A stretch of 29,887 nt of DNA. It comes from a virus. Lineage: Duplodnaviria; Caudoviricetes. Numbering within the stretch: the stretch's first letter is position 1; every line of letters begins with the position of its first letter. Under the pieces are notes generated by a model, which did no database searches, was not told the origin of the DNA, and was given only the letters and a program-made list of their open reading frames with translations. Shown here piece by piece: positions 1-9,100 of the stretch. A program made the translations under genes and the position numbers. The stretch covers positions 1 through 29,887 of IMG/VR virus record IMGVR_UViG_3300042196_000179. One strand, 5' to 3'.

Positions 1-2
1 CC

Positions 3-518
<516 letters not shown>

Positions 519-630
519 GGTAAACCAGTTCTTTCCTCATTATGCAACGATATCAACCGCATGCGCGGTGCCAAACTGGAAAACCCGTCACCGCGCATCA
601 ATGGGTTGCACGCGGTTCGGAAAACTCTTC
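519..630. other. Putative prophage attachment-site region (att junction at ligA 3' end)
   Basis: AT-richer non-coding stretch right after the ligA stop. It has two near matches to the IHF consensus WATCAANNNNTTR (TATCAACCGCATG 551-563; CATCAATGGGTTG 596-608) and repeated GGAAAAC (578-584, 619-625). The core duplication cannot be seen without the other prophage end. Confidence 0.4.
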
Positions 631-752
631 GGTGATCGTCGGGAGGGGTATGGCCCGCGCCGGACGGCGGGGCCAAAGGCAGGCGGGAGGAATTCGGGGA
701 ACCTACTTGACACAGGGCGGCAATCTGGGTGGTAGGCTAGGCGCCGCCCCAA

Positions 753-998
753 TCAAGGCATGCCGCCGACAAACGCTTCCGTTCTTTCGGCATCCACCAG
801 GGCGATGCGCACCTTGCCGCGGCAGCCCCGGCGCCGGCATGCAAGGCGCGCTTCCACTTCGTCCAAGCGCAGCGACTTATCAAGGCCGGTCAGCTCCGCG
901 ACCTGACGGTTATGGCTGTAACCGCATCGGCGGCATGTGACCTCCACCGTGAGCCGGTCATCCAGGTCGCGCAATTGAAGATCGTGCTTCCAACCCAT
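753..998 (-). CDS. Small Cys-rich (probable Zn-binding) hypothetical protein, 81 aa
   Basis: CRRC...CRRRGC motif pair, normal-looking composition, and its own upstream promoter/SOS box. Confidence 0.8.
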   Translation of the reverse strand: MGWKHDLQLRDLDDRLTVEVTCRRCGYSHNRQVAELTGLDKSLRLDEVEARLACRRRGCRGKVRIALVDAERTEAFVGGMP

Positions 999-1043
999 CG
1001 GAAATCCCAGCCCTTGCGGCCCTTTCCCATCGCTTCCACCATA

Positions 1044-1058
1044 GAACGAAGTGAGAAC
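1044..1058 (-). promoter_or_regulatory. Alphaproteobacterial LexA (SOS) box GTTC-N7-GTTC overlapping a putative promoter
   Basis: + strand reads GAAC-gaagtga-GAAC (1044-1058), i.e. GTTCTCACTTCGTTC on -. A TTGACT -35-like hexamer lies at 1069-1064. The box is about 45 nt upstream of the 998 start. Confidence 0.8.
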
Positions 1059-1095
1059 CTATGAGTCAAGGGGCACGATGCGTCATCGATACCGG

Positions 1096-1935
1096 CTACA
1101 GGCCCGATGCCGAGAACAGGTCGAACCCATAAGTCCGGTCGGCGCGGGTGATCAACAGTTCCCTGGCCGCCACGGCGCGGACGGTGGCGATCGTGTAGGT
1201 GGTCTCCACCTCCTCGAACCGGTGCCCGGCGAAAATCTCGCGGATCTCCGGCCGGTCGTTGATCGACAGGATGAAATGCCCTTTCAGGCCGCCGAGCACC
1301 GCCGCGATCTTGCGGAAGTCGCCGCGGGCGAAAAGCCCCTTGCCGTAATCGTCCTCGCCGCCCCAATAGGGCGGGTCCAGGTAGAACAGGGTTTCGGGCG
1401 TATCATAGGCGGCGATGAATTCCCCATAGTCCAGGTTCTCGATTGTCACCTGTTGCAGACGTGCGTGCGCCGCCGCGATCTGTGCCATCACGGCGCGCGC
1501 CGGCGGTATCCGGGGCGCGCCGGCATCGGAGCCGAAACTCCGGTTCCTGGCTCGGCCGCCATAGGCCAGCCGTTGCAGCCAATAGAACCCCGCAGCCCGT
1601 TCGATGTCGGTCAGGACCGCCGGGTCCGTATCGCAGAGTCGGTTGAACCCGTCGCGTGCGGCCATGGCCCAGCGCAGCTCGGCGGTCAGGGCCGCCGTGT
1701 GCCGCTGCACCACGCGGTAGAGATTCACGATCTCGCCGCTGCGGTCGTTGATCACCTCGCAGGGCGCGCGATAGCGCCGGCGCAGGAACACGCCGCCCAT
1801 GCCGACGAACGGCTCGGCGTAGGTATGATGGGGGATCGCCTCGATGCGGGCGATGATGCGCGCCGCCAGACCGCGCTTGCCGCCTTGCCAGGGCGCCAGG
1901 CCGGGCTGCGGCGCGACGGGTCGGTAGGACTCCAT
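1096..1935 (-). CDS. Phage DNA adenine methyltransferase (Dam/D12 class), 279 aa
   Basis: PWQGGKR motif X, YAEPFVGMGGVF SAM-binding motif I, EVIND, and the catalytic FYLDPPY motif. Start placed at MESY (1935) rather than the ORF-track 2052. Confidence 0.93.
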   Translation of the reverse strand: MESYRPVAPQPGLAPWQGGKRGLAARIIARIEAIPHHTYAEPFVGMGGVFLRRRYRAPCEVINDRSGEIVNLYRVVQRHTAALTAELRWAMAARDGFNRLCDTDPAVLTDIERAAGFYWLQRLAYGGRARNRSFGSDAGAPRIPPARAVMAQIAAAHARLQQVTIENLDYGEFIAAYDTPETLFYLDPPYWGGEDDYGKGLFARGDFRKIAAVLGGLKGHFILSINDRPEIREIFAGHRFEEVETTYTIATVRAVAARELLITRADRTYGFDLFSASGL

Positions 1936-1954
1936 GCACGATTTCCAGATAGTA

Positions 1955-2062
1955 TCCCGCCACCCGTGCGCGGGTGGGCGGGACGGCCGGGACCGGCCGG
2001 TCTTTGGTCGTGCGGATGTGATCTCCGCGGCTCTGGGCGTTGGCGCGCCCATCCCCCGCCGT
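1955..2062 (+). ncRNA. Putative structured RNA (cloverleaf-like) antisense to, or leader of, the methylase mRNA
   Basis: Hairpin 1955-1983, then a closing stem ACGGC(1983-87)/GCCGT(2058-62) enclosing three arms: GACCGG/TTGGTC, GCGGA-7nt-TCCGC and TGGGCG-6nt-CGCCCA. A TAGTAT -10-like hexamer lies at 1950-1955. Confidence 0.45.
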
Positions 2063-2069
2063 TTGGGGC

Positions 2070-3020
2070 TCAGGCTCTAAAAATTGGGCGGTCCGTCAGC
2101 AGGCGCCCATCGAGCGCCGCGCGGATCAGCGGCCAGTTGCCCGGGTGCTTGTGCGTGTACCAGTGGTCCAGGATCCGGCGTGGGTTATCGCCGCGCACGT
2201 CATCCCAGCCCTGTTTCGCCGCCCAGGCTTGGAACGCCGGATCGTCCAGATGCAGATCCCGCCAATTGGCCGGGGCCTCTTTGCCGAGCCCAACCTGGCC
2301 GGCGCACCGGGCATAGAGGTGGTCCGGCTCGAACATCGACCCGAAGAGGCGCAGCACGTCATCGGTCTCGACCACGGCGTTGATGAACTGCACGTCCTTG
2401 CGGATCAGGGCCGTTGCCAACGCCGTGCGCGCCAGCTCGGCGCCGTTGAGTAAAACCACTTGGCGCACCGGCAGATCGGGATTGGCCCGCAGCGCCGCCA
2501 GGACCACGCGACTGCCCAGACTATGGGCCAGCATGTCGATGGCCGGGCCCGGCAGGCCGGCGAGCGCACGGGCCAGCATCTCGCCGGCGGCGGCCGCCAG
2601 ATCCCAGGCCCGGCCGTAGGTGTTCCACCGGCCATGTCTCCACGCATCGGCGATCGAGATCCCGTGCCGGAGCGGGCTGAACGTGCCGCCGGGGCACGAC
2701 CACCAGGCATATCCGATGGCATGGCGCTCCGGGATAATGTCGGTGCGCCAGTGTGGAAAGGTGCTCCGGTGCGCATTGTCCGTATCCACTGAGGCCGAGT
2801 GGTAGCGGAAGCCGTGCACCATGACCACGGGTGGCGACTTGAATGGCCCGAATCCTGCCAGGCCCTCGGGGCTGAGCAGGTCCGCCGGGCCGCCATCGTG
2901 GCGGGCTAGGCGCAGGCGGCCGCGCACCAGCGATAGACCGAGGGGGAGCGGCCGGCCCCCGATTGGATGAGGCGCCGGCGAACCCACCGCCGGCGAACCC
3001 ACCGTCGGCGAACTGGGCAT
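2070..3020 (-). CDS. Alpha/beta-hydrolase (esterase/lipase-like), 316 aa
   Basis: Oxyanion motif VMVHGF, nucleophile elbow LAHSLG, VVLLNGA strand, DDVL acid and C-terminal LDHWY His. TGATG overlap with the upstream lipoprotein. Confidence 0.85.
   Translation of the reverse strand: MPSSPTVGSPAVGSPAPHPIGGRPLPLGLSLVRGRLRLARHDGGPADLLSPEGLAGFGPFKSPPVVMVHGFRYHSASVDTDNAHRSTFPHWRTDIIPERHAIGYAWWSCPGGTFSPLRHGISIADAWRHGRWNTYGRAWDLAAAAGEMLARALAGLPGPAIDMLAHSLGSRVVLAALRANPDLPVRQVVLLNGAELARTALATALIRKDVQFINAVVETDDVLRLFGSMFEPDHLYARCAGQVGLGKEAPANWRDLHLDDPAFQAWAAKQGWDDVRGDNPRRILDHWYTHKHPGNWPLIRAALDGRLLTDRPIFRA
2973..3013. repeat. 15-bp tandem repeat (about 2.7 copies) in the hydrolase N-terminus
   Basis: CGCCGGCGAACCCAC x2 plus CGTCGGCGAAC; encodes SPTVG-SPAVG-SPAP. 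Confidence 0.9.
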
Positions 3021-3583
3021 CAGTTACAGCCCGCGATCACTGCGGCGTGCTGGGTTTCCGCCTGGGTCTTGATCGCCGCCCATTCGCCGACGGTGGGATC
3101 GCGGTCTTCGCTTTCCATCAGCTCGAGCGACGGCCTCAAGAATCGGGTGCGAAACTCGCGCATCGGCCCGGCCGCGCTCACCCCGACCGAGATCATGATC
3201 TTGGTGCTGCCGATCGCCTCGGCTGGATCGTCCGGGATGCCGATGGAGCCGAACACCTCGGCCGAGAAGACCCCGAGCGTCTTGCTGATCGACAGGAAGC
3301 CCATGGGCAACCGCTGGCCGTTGGTGGCGAAGTTGGCCAGGCTGTCCTGCAGGGCGTTGTAGACATCGCGCTCGGCCCCGCACACCGCATTGACCACGCC
3401 GCCGTCGGCGTCGCGCTTCTTCACGTAGATCTCGACCGGAATGCTGGCATAGACGTACTCGCCGGCCTTGCGGTAGAGCTGCTGGCCGTCGGTGGCGGCG
3501 CTGCCGAAGAAGAGCGCGCACCCGCCCAATAAAAAAGCCGCCGAAAAGGCGGCGGCGATCTTCGCGAAGGGTCTCGGTTTCAT
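3020..3583 (-). CDS. Lipoprotein, 187 aa (lysis cassette)
   Basis: MKPRPFAK followed by a hydrophobic stretch and lipobox LGGC, with two more Cys (NAVC, terminal GCN). ATGA overlap with the upstream gene; start 3583, not 3919. Confidence 0.85.
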   Translation of the reverse strand: MKPRPFAKIAAAFSAAFLLGGCALFFGSAATDGQQLYRKAGEYVYASIPVEIYVKKRDADGGVVNAVCGAERDVYNALQDSLANFATNGQRLPMGFLSISKTLGVFSAEVFGSIGIPDDPAEAIGSTKIMISVGVSAAGPMREFRTRFLRPSLELMESEDRDPTVGEWAAIKTQAETQHAAVIAGCN

Positions 3584-4002
3584 GTCTCGTTTTCCTTTCC
3601 AAGGGTTGTGGCGGCGGGAAAGTTCGGCGGGTTGCCGGGCGGGACCGCCGGGTCGTGAATGGGAACGGGTCGATGGCCGCCACTTTGGCGGCGCTCGCCT
3701 AACTCGCGCAGGAGCTGCTGGAGTGCGGCCGCATCGGCGCCGTCCCCAGACTCGCCAAGTGGCCCCCCGCTCGATGGCCCCGGCGGAACTCGGGCATCCC
3801 GCCGCCGCCAGAACAAATAGAGGCCGAGGGCGGCGACGGCGGCGATCTTGAAGCCGCCGATCTCCGCCAAATCCGCGCCCTGCAAATTGGCGAACGCCCA
3901 AGCGGAGAAGGTGTGCCACGCCGCCGTCAGGGCCTCGTCGCCGCCCAGCGCGGCCGCCAGGATCGCGGTCAGCACGGCCTTTATGCGCGTCGAATTTTCC
4001 AT
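3580..4002 (-). CDS. Membrane protein, putative holin or lysis accessory, 140 aa
   Basis: Two hydrophobic segments, the second ending in LFWRRR, then a Pro/Gly-rich tail. Lies directly downstream of the endolysin. Confidence 0.6.
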   Translation of the reverse strand: MENSTRIKAVLTAILAAALGGDEALTAAWHTFSAWAFANLQGADLAEIGGFKIAAVAALGLYLFWRRRDARVPPGPSSGGPLGESGDGADAAALQQLLRELGERRQSGGHRPVPIHDPAVPPGNPPNFPAATTLGKENET

Positions 4003-4003
4003 A

Positions 4004-4429
4004 TCAATAGCCCCATGCGTTCGGACGCGGCGGTCGAACGCTGCAATCCAGGTGAATGAACTGTGGCCGGCCGGCGCGCAGCGAAAACCCGAAGCCGGTC
4101 ATGCCGGCGGCCAGGCCCGCGCGCATCAGATGGAAAGCTTGCTGCCCGTCGCAGGCGATATCGACGGCGACCCCGGCATGGTGCGCCCCCGGCCCGCCTT
4201 TCTTCTTGCGCTCCACCGGATGATCGGCGCAGCGATAGCCGCTGGTCACCGGCATGGGAAAGCCCACCGCGTCGCGCACCTGTTGCAGCCGGTCCAGGAA
4301 CGCCGCCTCGATCGCGATCGAGCCGCCGCACCCGCCGCACTTGCAAGCAAACTCCCCCGCATAGAAATTCGGCCAGCGCGACCAATCGAGGCCCAGGTCA
4401 CGGCCCGGGCCGTCCAAGATAACCGTCAT
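4004..4429 (-). CDS. Endolysin, peptidase M15A (Zn D-Ala-D-Ala/Ala-Glu peptidase fold), 141 aa
   Basis: NFYAGEFACKCG, VTSGYRC, H-H-x-G-x-AVDI and FIHLD motifs. ATGA overlap at 4426-4429. Confidence 0.9.
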   Translation of the reverse strand: MTVILDGPGRDLGLDWSRWPNFYAGEFACKCGGCGGSIAIEAAFLDRLQQVRDAVGFPMPVTSGYRCADHPVERKKKGGPGAHHAGVAVDIACDGQQAFHLMRAGLAAGMTGFGFSLRAGRPQFIHLDCSVRPPRPNAWGY

Positions 4430-4860
4430 CGTCCATCCTCCCATCGTCCGTTCCGGCGCATAGGGCCCACACCATGGGGGCGGCCAGGTCGTTCACCCGG
4501 TCGTTCGAGGGCATCGCGCAGGCGCAGGATCTCCGCGTCCTGGCGGCCGTCGTTCTTGTCCAGGGCTTCCAGCTTGTTCGTCACCCCGGCCAGGTTGACC
4601 GATGTGCGATAGATCAGCCGGGCGTTGTGATGGATCGCCGTCTTGTTTTCACTCCGCTCTTTTTCGGCTTGCGCTTGGTCGGTGATGTAGATGTAGCCGA
4701 GCAGCCCGCCGAGCAGACCGAACAGCGGCGCCGCCATGATCGCCGAGGCCCGCGCCGCGAGCGTCATCCAGACCGAGGCCACCGCCTTTTCGGCCGCGTG
4801 CCGCATGCGCCCGTCGCCGGCGCCATTACCGGCGCCGCCTCCGTTGCCGTCCAGTGCCAT
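4426..4860 (-). CDS. Single-TM plus coiled-coil membrane protein (holin- or i-spanin-like), 144 aa
   Basis: GGAGG RBS before ATG 4860, TM segment APLFGLLGGLLGYIYI, and a heptad-like C-terminal region. Lies immediately upstream of the endolysin. Confidence 0.6.
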   Translation of the reverse strand: MALDGNGGGAGNGAGDGRMRHAAEKAVASVWMTLAARASAIMAAPLFGLLGGLLGYIYITDQAQAEKERSENKTAIHHNARLIYRTSVNLAGVTNKLEALDKNDGRQDAEILRLRDALERPGERPGRPHGVGPMRRNGRWEDGR

Positions 4861-4902
4861 AGCCTTGTCCTCCCCCATGTTCCGGGCCCCATGTTCCGGG
4901 CG

Positions 4903-5238
4903 CTAAGCGCCGGGCTCGATCGAAAACCAATCGTCGCCGCCCATCACCAGGCAGCTCACGGGCGGCGTGCCGCCGCGCGGCCCCCCCGATGGCCCGGTGA
5001 GCAGCATCGACCAGGTGCCGGTTTCGGCGTTCACCGTCCATTCCGCCATGGTGTCTTTAAGCCAGGCCCGCGCGGCGAGCCGTTCTCCGTGCGTGAAAAA
5101 CAGCGCCCGCAGCATCTCCGCGCGCGGCCCGCAGACGGCGGCCGGCGCCCCCGGCGCGTCCGCTGCCGCGCCCGGGCTCGATCCGAGGATCAGGCATGAA
5201 AAAACCGCCCAGAGGGCGGCGGGTGCTCTCTTCCGCAT
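4903..5238 (-). CDS. Secreted hypothetical protein, 111 aa
   Basis: Signal peptide. The CGPR...HGE...GTWSMLL...SCLVMGGDDW pattern resembles a small conserved alphaproteobacterial/phage family. Confidence 0.7.
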   Translation of the reverse strand: MRKRAPAALWAVFSCLILGSSPGAAADAPGAPAAVCGPRAEMLRALFFTHGERLAARAWLKDTMAEWTVNAETGTWSMLLTGPSGGPRGGTPPVSCLVMGGDDWFSIEPGA

Positions 5239-5248
5239 CGGCGCGCGC

Positions 5249-6118
5249 CTACAGCTTCAACATCACGTTGAACAGGAACGAGGTCGGCTGCATGGTGTTG
5301 TGCGCATCGCCCGTGCCGGATGACGCCATGGCGCCGGTCAAGGCGCCGCCGCCGCCGCTGCCGATGGACCCGCTGTGCATGGTGACGGGATTGGCCGGGG
5401 TCGTTCGGTAGATATCGCCACCAAGGGACACCGCCAGTTTGCGGCCGTTGGGATCGCTGCTATTGCCGTTTTGACTGTCCGCCGAGAGCGGGTGAGTGTG
5501 CCCCGGCGCCGCCAAGGTGCCGTTGCCGTGAACGTGCGGCCCGTTTTCCGCATCGGTCAACGCATGTGCTTCCTCGCCGAGAAATTGCCCCAGCGCCCGC
5601 GACGTCAGGCCCGCGCCCGCGCCGGCAATGGCAATCGCGCGGCCCAGGACGGAGCCGAGCTTGATCGCCTTGTTCGCCGCGAAGTCCGCCGCCGCCGAGG
5701 CGCCGCGCCCGCCCGTCACCGGCGCCCAGGTGTTCGCAACGTTATTCCACAACAGCGTATAGAGATCGACCGTATCCGCGTTGGCGCGGTTCGTGGCGCC
5801 CGACGACGCGCTGCCGATCGTGCCGTCGTTGGCGATCACCCAGCCCGCATCGGGCGTGTTCTTGAGGGTCAGCTTGGCATCGCCCGTCGACCACGCGGCG
5901 GAGCCCGCCGCCACGTTCAACACATCGCGCGTGCCGGCCGGGTTGGCGGTCACGGAAAACCCGGTGCCCAGCGACATGAGCGCCAGCGTATCGAACGAGG
6001 CTTTCAGCGCGTTGAATTTGTCGAACAAATCCTTGATATCGGATCGCGCCTGTTTCGGATCGTCGCCCGTTTCGTCGATGTTGGCGACGCTCACGTCCGC
6101 CGGAACTGTCTTTGCCAT
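5249..6118 (-). CDS. Tail fibre protein with tail-collar-like domain and HxH motifs, 289 aa
   Basis: Starts MAKTVP at a TAATG overlap with the J stop. Contains GWVIANDGTIG...LYTLLW collar domain, GEEAHALT..E.GPHVH...GHTH, and terminal HNTMQPT..NVMLKL. Confidence 0.85.
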   Translation of the reverse strand: MAKTVPADVSVANIDETGDDPKQARSDIKDLFDKFNALKASFDTLALMSLGTGFSVTANPAGTRDVLNVAAGSAAWSTGDAKLTLKNTPDAGWVIANDGTIGSASSGATNRANADTVDLYTLLWNNVANTWAPVTGGRGASAAADFAANKAIKLGSVLGRAIAIAGAGAGLTSRALGQFLGEEAHALTDAENGPHVHGNGTLAAPGHTHPLSADSQNGNSSDPNGRKLAVSLGGDIYRTTPANPVTMHSGSIGSGGGGALTGAMASSGTGDAHNTMQPTSFLFNVMLKL

Positions 6119-9100
6119 TACACCTTGTATCCTTTGATTTCCAAATCGACCGTTGCGTCGGCAAGCGTCCACGTGCCGGCGATATCCTTGTACATCTTGA
6201 ATTCCGCCGCCGGGTTCACGCCCCCGGTGATCGTGGTCGCCTTGCTCAGCAAATCCACCTTGCGCCCGCCGTCCCCGTCGTTCTGGAAGGCGACGATTTG
6301 CGCCGTGATGATTCCGCCGATCGTGCCATCCGTCTCGTATTTGAAATGTCCGGCCGCGATACTCTCGAAACGCGGGTCGGCGCTGCTCGCCGTATTGATA
6401 TCCTCGATGTTGATGACCTTCGTTTCGCCGTCCAGGATCACCGCCAATTCGCGCGCGAGAATCGCCGCCCCGGCCACGGTCAGGCGGATGCGGATGTACC
6501 GCGCGCTCGCCGGCGCCAGGGCCACGTAGCCGCCGGTCGGCGCGCCGTCCGCGTCCGTGCCGGTTTCCATTTCGATCGTCGGCGTGCCCAGGCCGGAGAA
6601 CGTCGCCAATGGCGTAAAGGCTCGATCGGCGCCCAAATCGATCGTCTCGGTGACATAGACGATCGGCGAGACGCTCGGCACGATGCCAAGCCAGGTATCC
6701 GCAAGCGCCGCCCAGGTATCCGGCAGATCGGCCCATCGCCCGGTCGCGGGATCGCCGATGGCTTCCAGATACCCGTTCGAATTCACGAAACAATCCGTCT
6801 TGTCGCCGGGCCAGCCGAGGCCGCGCTCCAGCCGGTGATGGATCGCATCGCGCAACCGTGGATCGCCCAGCACCGCCTCGATGGTGGCGGCGTTGTTCGA
6901 TTCGTTGCCGCTGCCGTCGACCATCTTGATTCCGAACGTATAGGTGCCGGCCGCCAATTCGTTCGTTTCGACGGGGCTTGTTTTCAACAAGCCTTGCGTG
7001 AACAAATCCGCCATATCCTCCCACGCGACGCCGGTGCCCAGGCCATAGCGGATCACATAGCCGCCGCCGTTCGCCACGTCCGGCGGGATCACCAGTGACG
7101 ACCATTCGAATTTCCGGGTGCCGTCGGCCAGGCGCGCGACGTTGAACGTGGTGACCGCCGGCGGCGGCGTCAGCTTGCCCAGAACCATGTGGCCGGCGAC
7201 GGTCGTGAATTCTCCCGGTTGATCGTCGCGGAAAACATATCTGAATTGCATGTCGTACTTTTCGCCATCCTCGACCGGGCGCACCGATATTTCGCGTTCG
7301 TCGCGCGCGAACGTGCCGAGGCTATTCCACGCGCCCGCGGAATCGCTCGGCCGGTAATAGGCCTCCAGGCGGAATATGCGCGACAACGCCAACGATCCGG
7401 GCGCGCCCAGGGTGACCAGGATGCGCGAATCCAGCGACCCATCGGAATTGCGCACCATCACGCTTTCGTCGGAACGGACGTTCACGATGGATGGCTTGTC
7501 GTTGCCGACCAACGGCGACAAGCGGCTCTCGAATTCCGGGATAGGCCCGGCATCGGCCGTATAGATCGCCGCCGACTCGGGGATCGCGGTCACGATCGCC
7601 GCGTCGTTTCCATGCCGCCGCATGGAATGCACGAGACAGGGGATCGTCTCGACCCCCGCCTCGCCGAACGCGAACAGATCGCCGGCGACAACGCCGCTGC
7701 CCGGTGCCAAGGCCGGCGAGAGCGCGACCGTCGTTTGCTCGCCAACATTCGTCGCCACGGTTGCCGAAACCCTGCCGCCCGTCACCGTGCGAACGATCAG
7801 CGCGTAATCCTTGTCCGCCTCCATGGGCAAGACTTCATCGGTGACGATCGATGTGATGTTGCCCCCGCCGTCCGTCACCGTCGATTTGATCCGCCCCGTC
7901 GACAGGCCCACCAAGAGAACATCGTGGCTCAGATCGAATAGATCGCCGCGCGTCATCGGCATGTGTTCGATATCGATCTCGAATTCGTACCTCTCCGGCC
8001 GCAGGATCGCCGATGCGAAGTGATACGTTCCATCCAGCCAGGCCTGGCTTACATTCGTCACGCCGAACGGCTTCAACCCATCGAATATTGTCGCGGTCAG
8101 TGCGTCATATCCATCCCTGTAAACGAACACCTCATCGGGCCGGTATCCCTGATCGCGGTTTATGAATGTCACGCGCAAGGCGTGCGGCAGATTCAGAAAC
8201 GTTTTTGTCGCGCTGAAATTACGCGAGTTGCGCGGCGTGAACATCAAGCCGCTGCTCGCCTGTTGCGCGTCGATCGCGACACTCCATCGATTGTCGACTT
8301 TCTTCAGGCTGGCCCGCCCGCTGGCCGCGACCGCCGCCAGCACATCGCGAACCGACATGCGCGAATCGATAACCGCGTTGAATTCGCGCCCGGCCGCCGC
8401 GTTGATTTCGTGCCACGCTTCGATCGTATCCAGATCGATTTGCGCGTCAGGGACCGGATTGGCGTTGGACGATCCCTGCAACACGGCGCGGAAGATGGCG
8501 GCCGGATTCGAGGTCGCCTCCTCTTGATCCCAATCGTTGCCGTCCCAATTCGGGAAGATCGACGTGCCGATGCAATTCAGGCTGTCGACAACGCCGGAAA
8601 GCTGACTGGTCGCGCGGATGCGCAAGGCGGTCATCGCCACGCCGGCAAGGTTCACCGGGCTTTCATTGGTGAACGTCCGGATCGCCGTCCAGGTCACCAC
8701 GTCGAAAATCCGGCTGTTCGCGGTATCCGCCGTCACCCGCCGAAGGCGCACGTCGTATTGCCCGCGCGTCAGGCTTACCCGCTCCGTATGCCGCACCACG
8801 GAGGCGCGCGAGGCGGTCACCGATATCGGCACCGAGGCCGACCACGTGTCCGCGCCCGCCGGCGACGTTTGCAATTCCAGCGCCACCGTCCGGGCTTTCT
8901 TATCGCCCGCGTCCGTGAATTCGACCAGGCCGCCCAGGAACGTCAGATCGATGCTGATTTCGTCCGCGTCGATTTGCGACGTGCGCACTTGCCAGCTCTC
9001 CGCCGCGAGCAAGGCGATCCCAAGGGCTTCCTCGAAAACATCCGCCGGAAACAAGGTCACCGGGCCGTCGGTCAGGAATCCTTGCCGGTGCTCGACCTCC

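Noticed and set aside
707-749. Sigma70 promoter TTGACA...TAGGCT on +, or terminator GGGCGGC/GCCGCCC
   Set aside because: The spacer is 20 nt and there is no credible downstream + gene. The hairpin has a 21-nt loop and no U-tract.
1983-2062. tRNA gene
   Set aside because: The fold is cloverleaf-like but lacks a TTCG T-loop, D-loop GG context, a 7-bp acceptor stem and CCA. Kept only as a structured-RNA candidate.
1936-2069. Com-like zinc-finger gene upstream of the methylase (Mu com-mom arrangement)
   Set aside because: No CxxC-containing ORF fits in this gap.
1051-2316. 421-aa + strand ORF and other long + strand ORFs (e.g. 7963-9429, 14495-15742, 17716-18918, 20403-21434)
   Set aside because: These are shadow ORFs antisense to clearly recognisable genes in GC-rich DNA, with no motifs.
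3584-3919. Extended starts in the ORF track for the lipoprotein (also 11118-11579, 17265-17501, 29098-29706)
   Set aside because: The extensions overlap real upstream genes. Coupled start/stop junctions and RBSs give shorter starts.
6119-7105. 329-aa N-terminal extension of the tail fibre, or a J-fibre frameshift fusion
   Set aside because: It overlaps J out of frame with Arg-rich nonsense composition. The TAATG junction gives a clean start at 6118, and I saw no slippery site.
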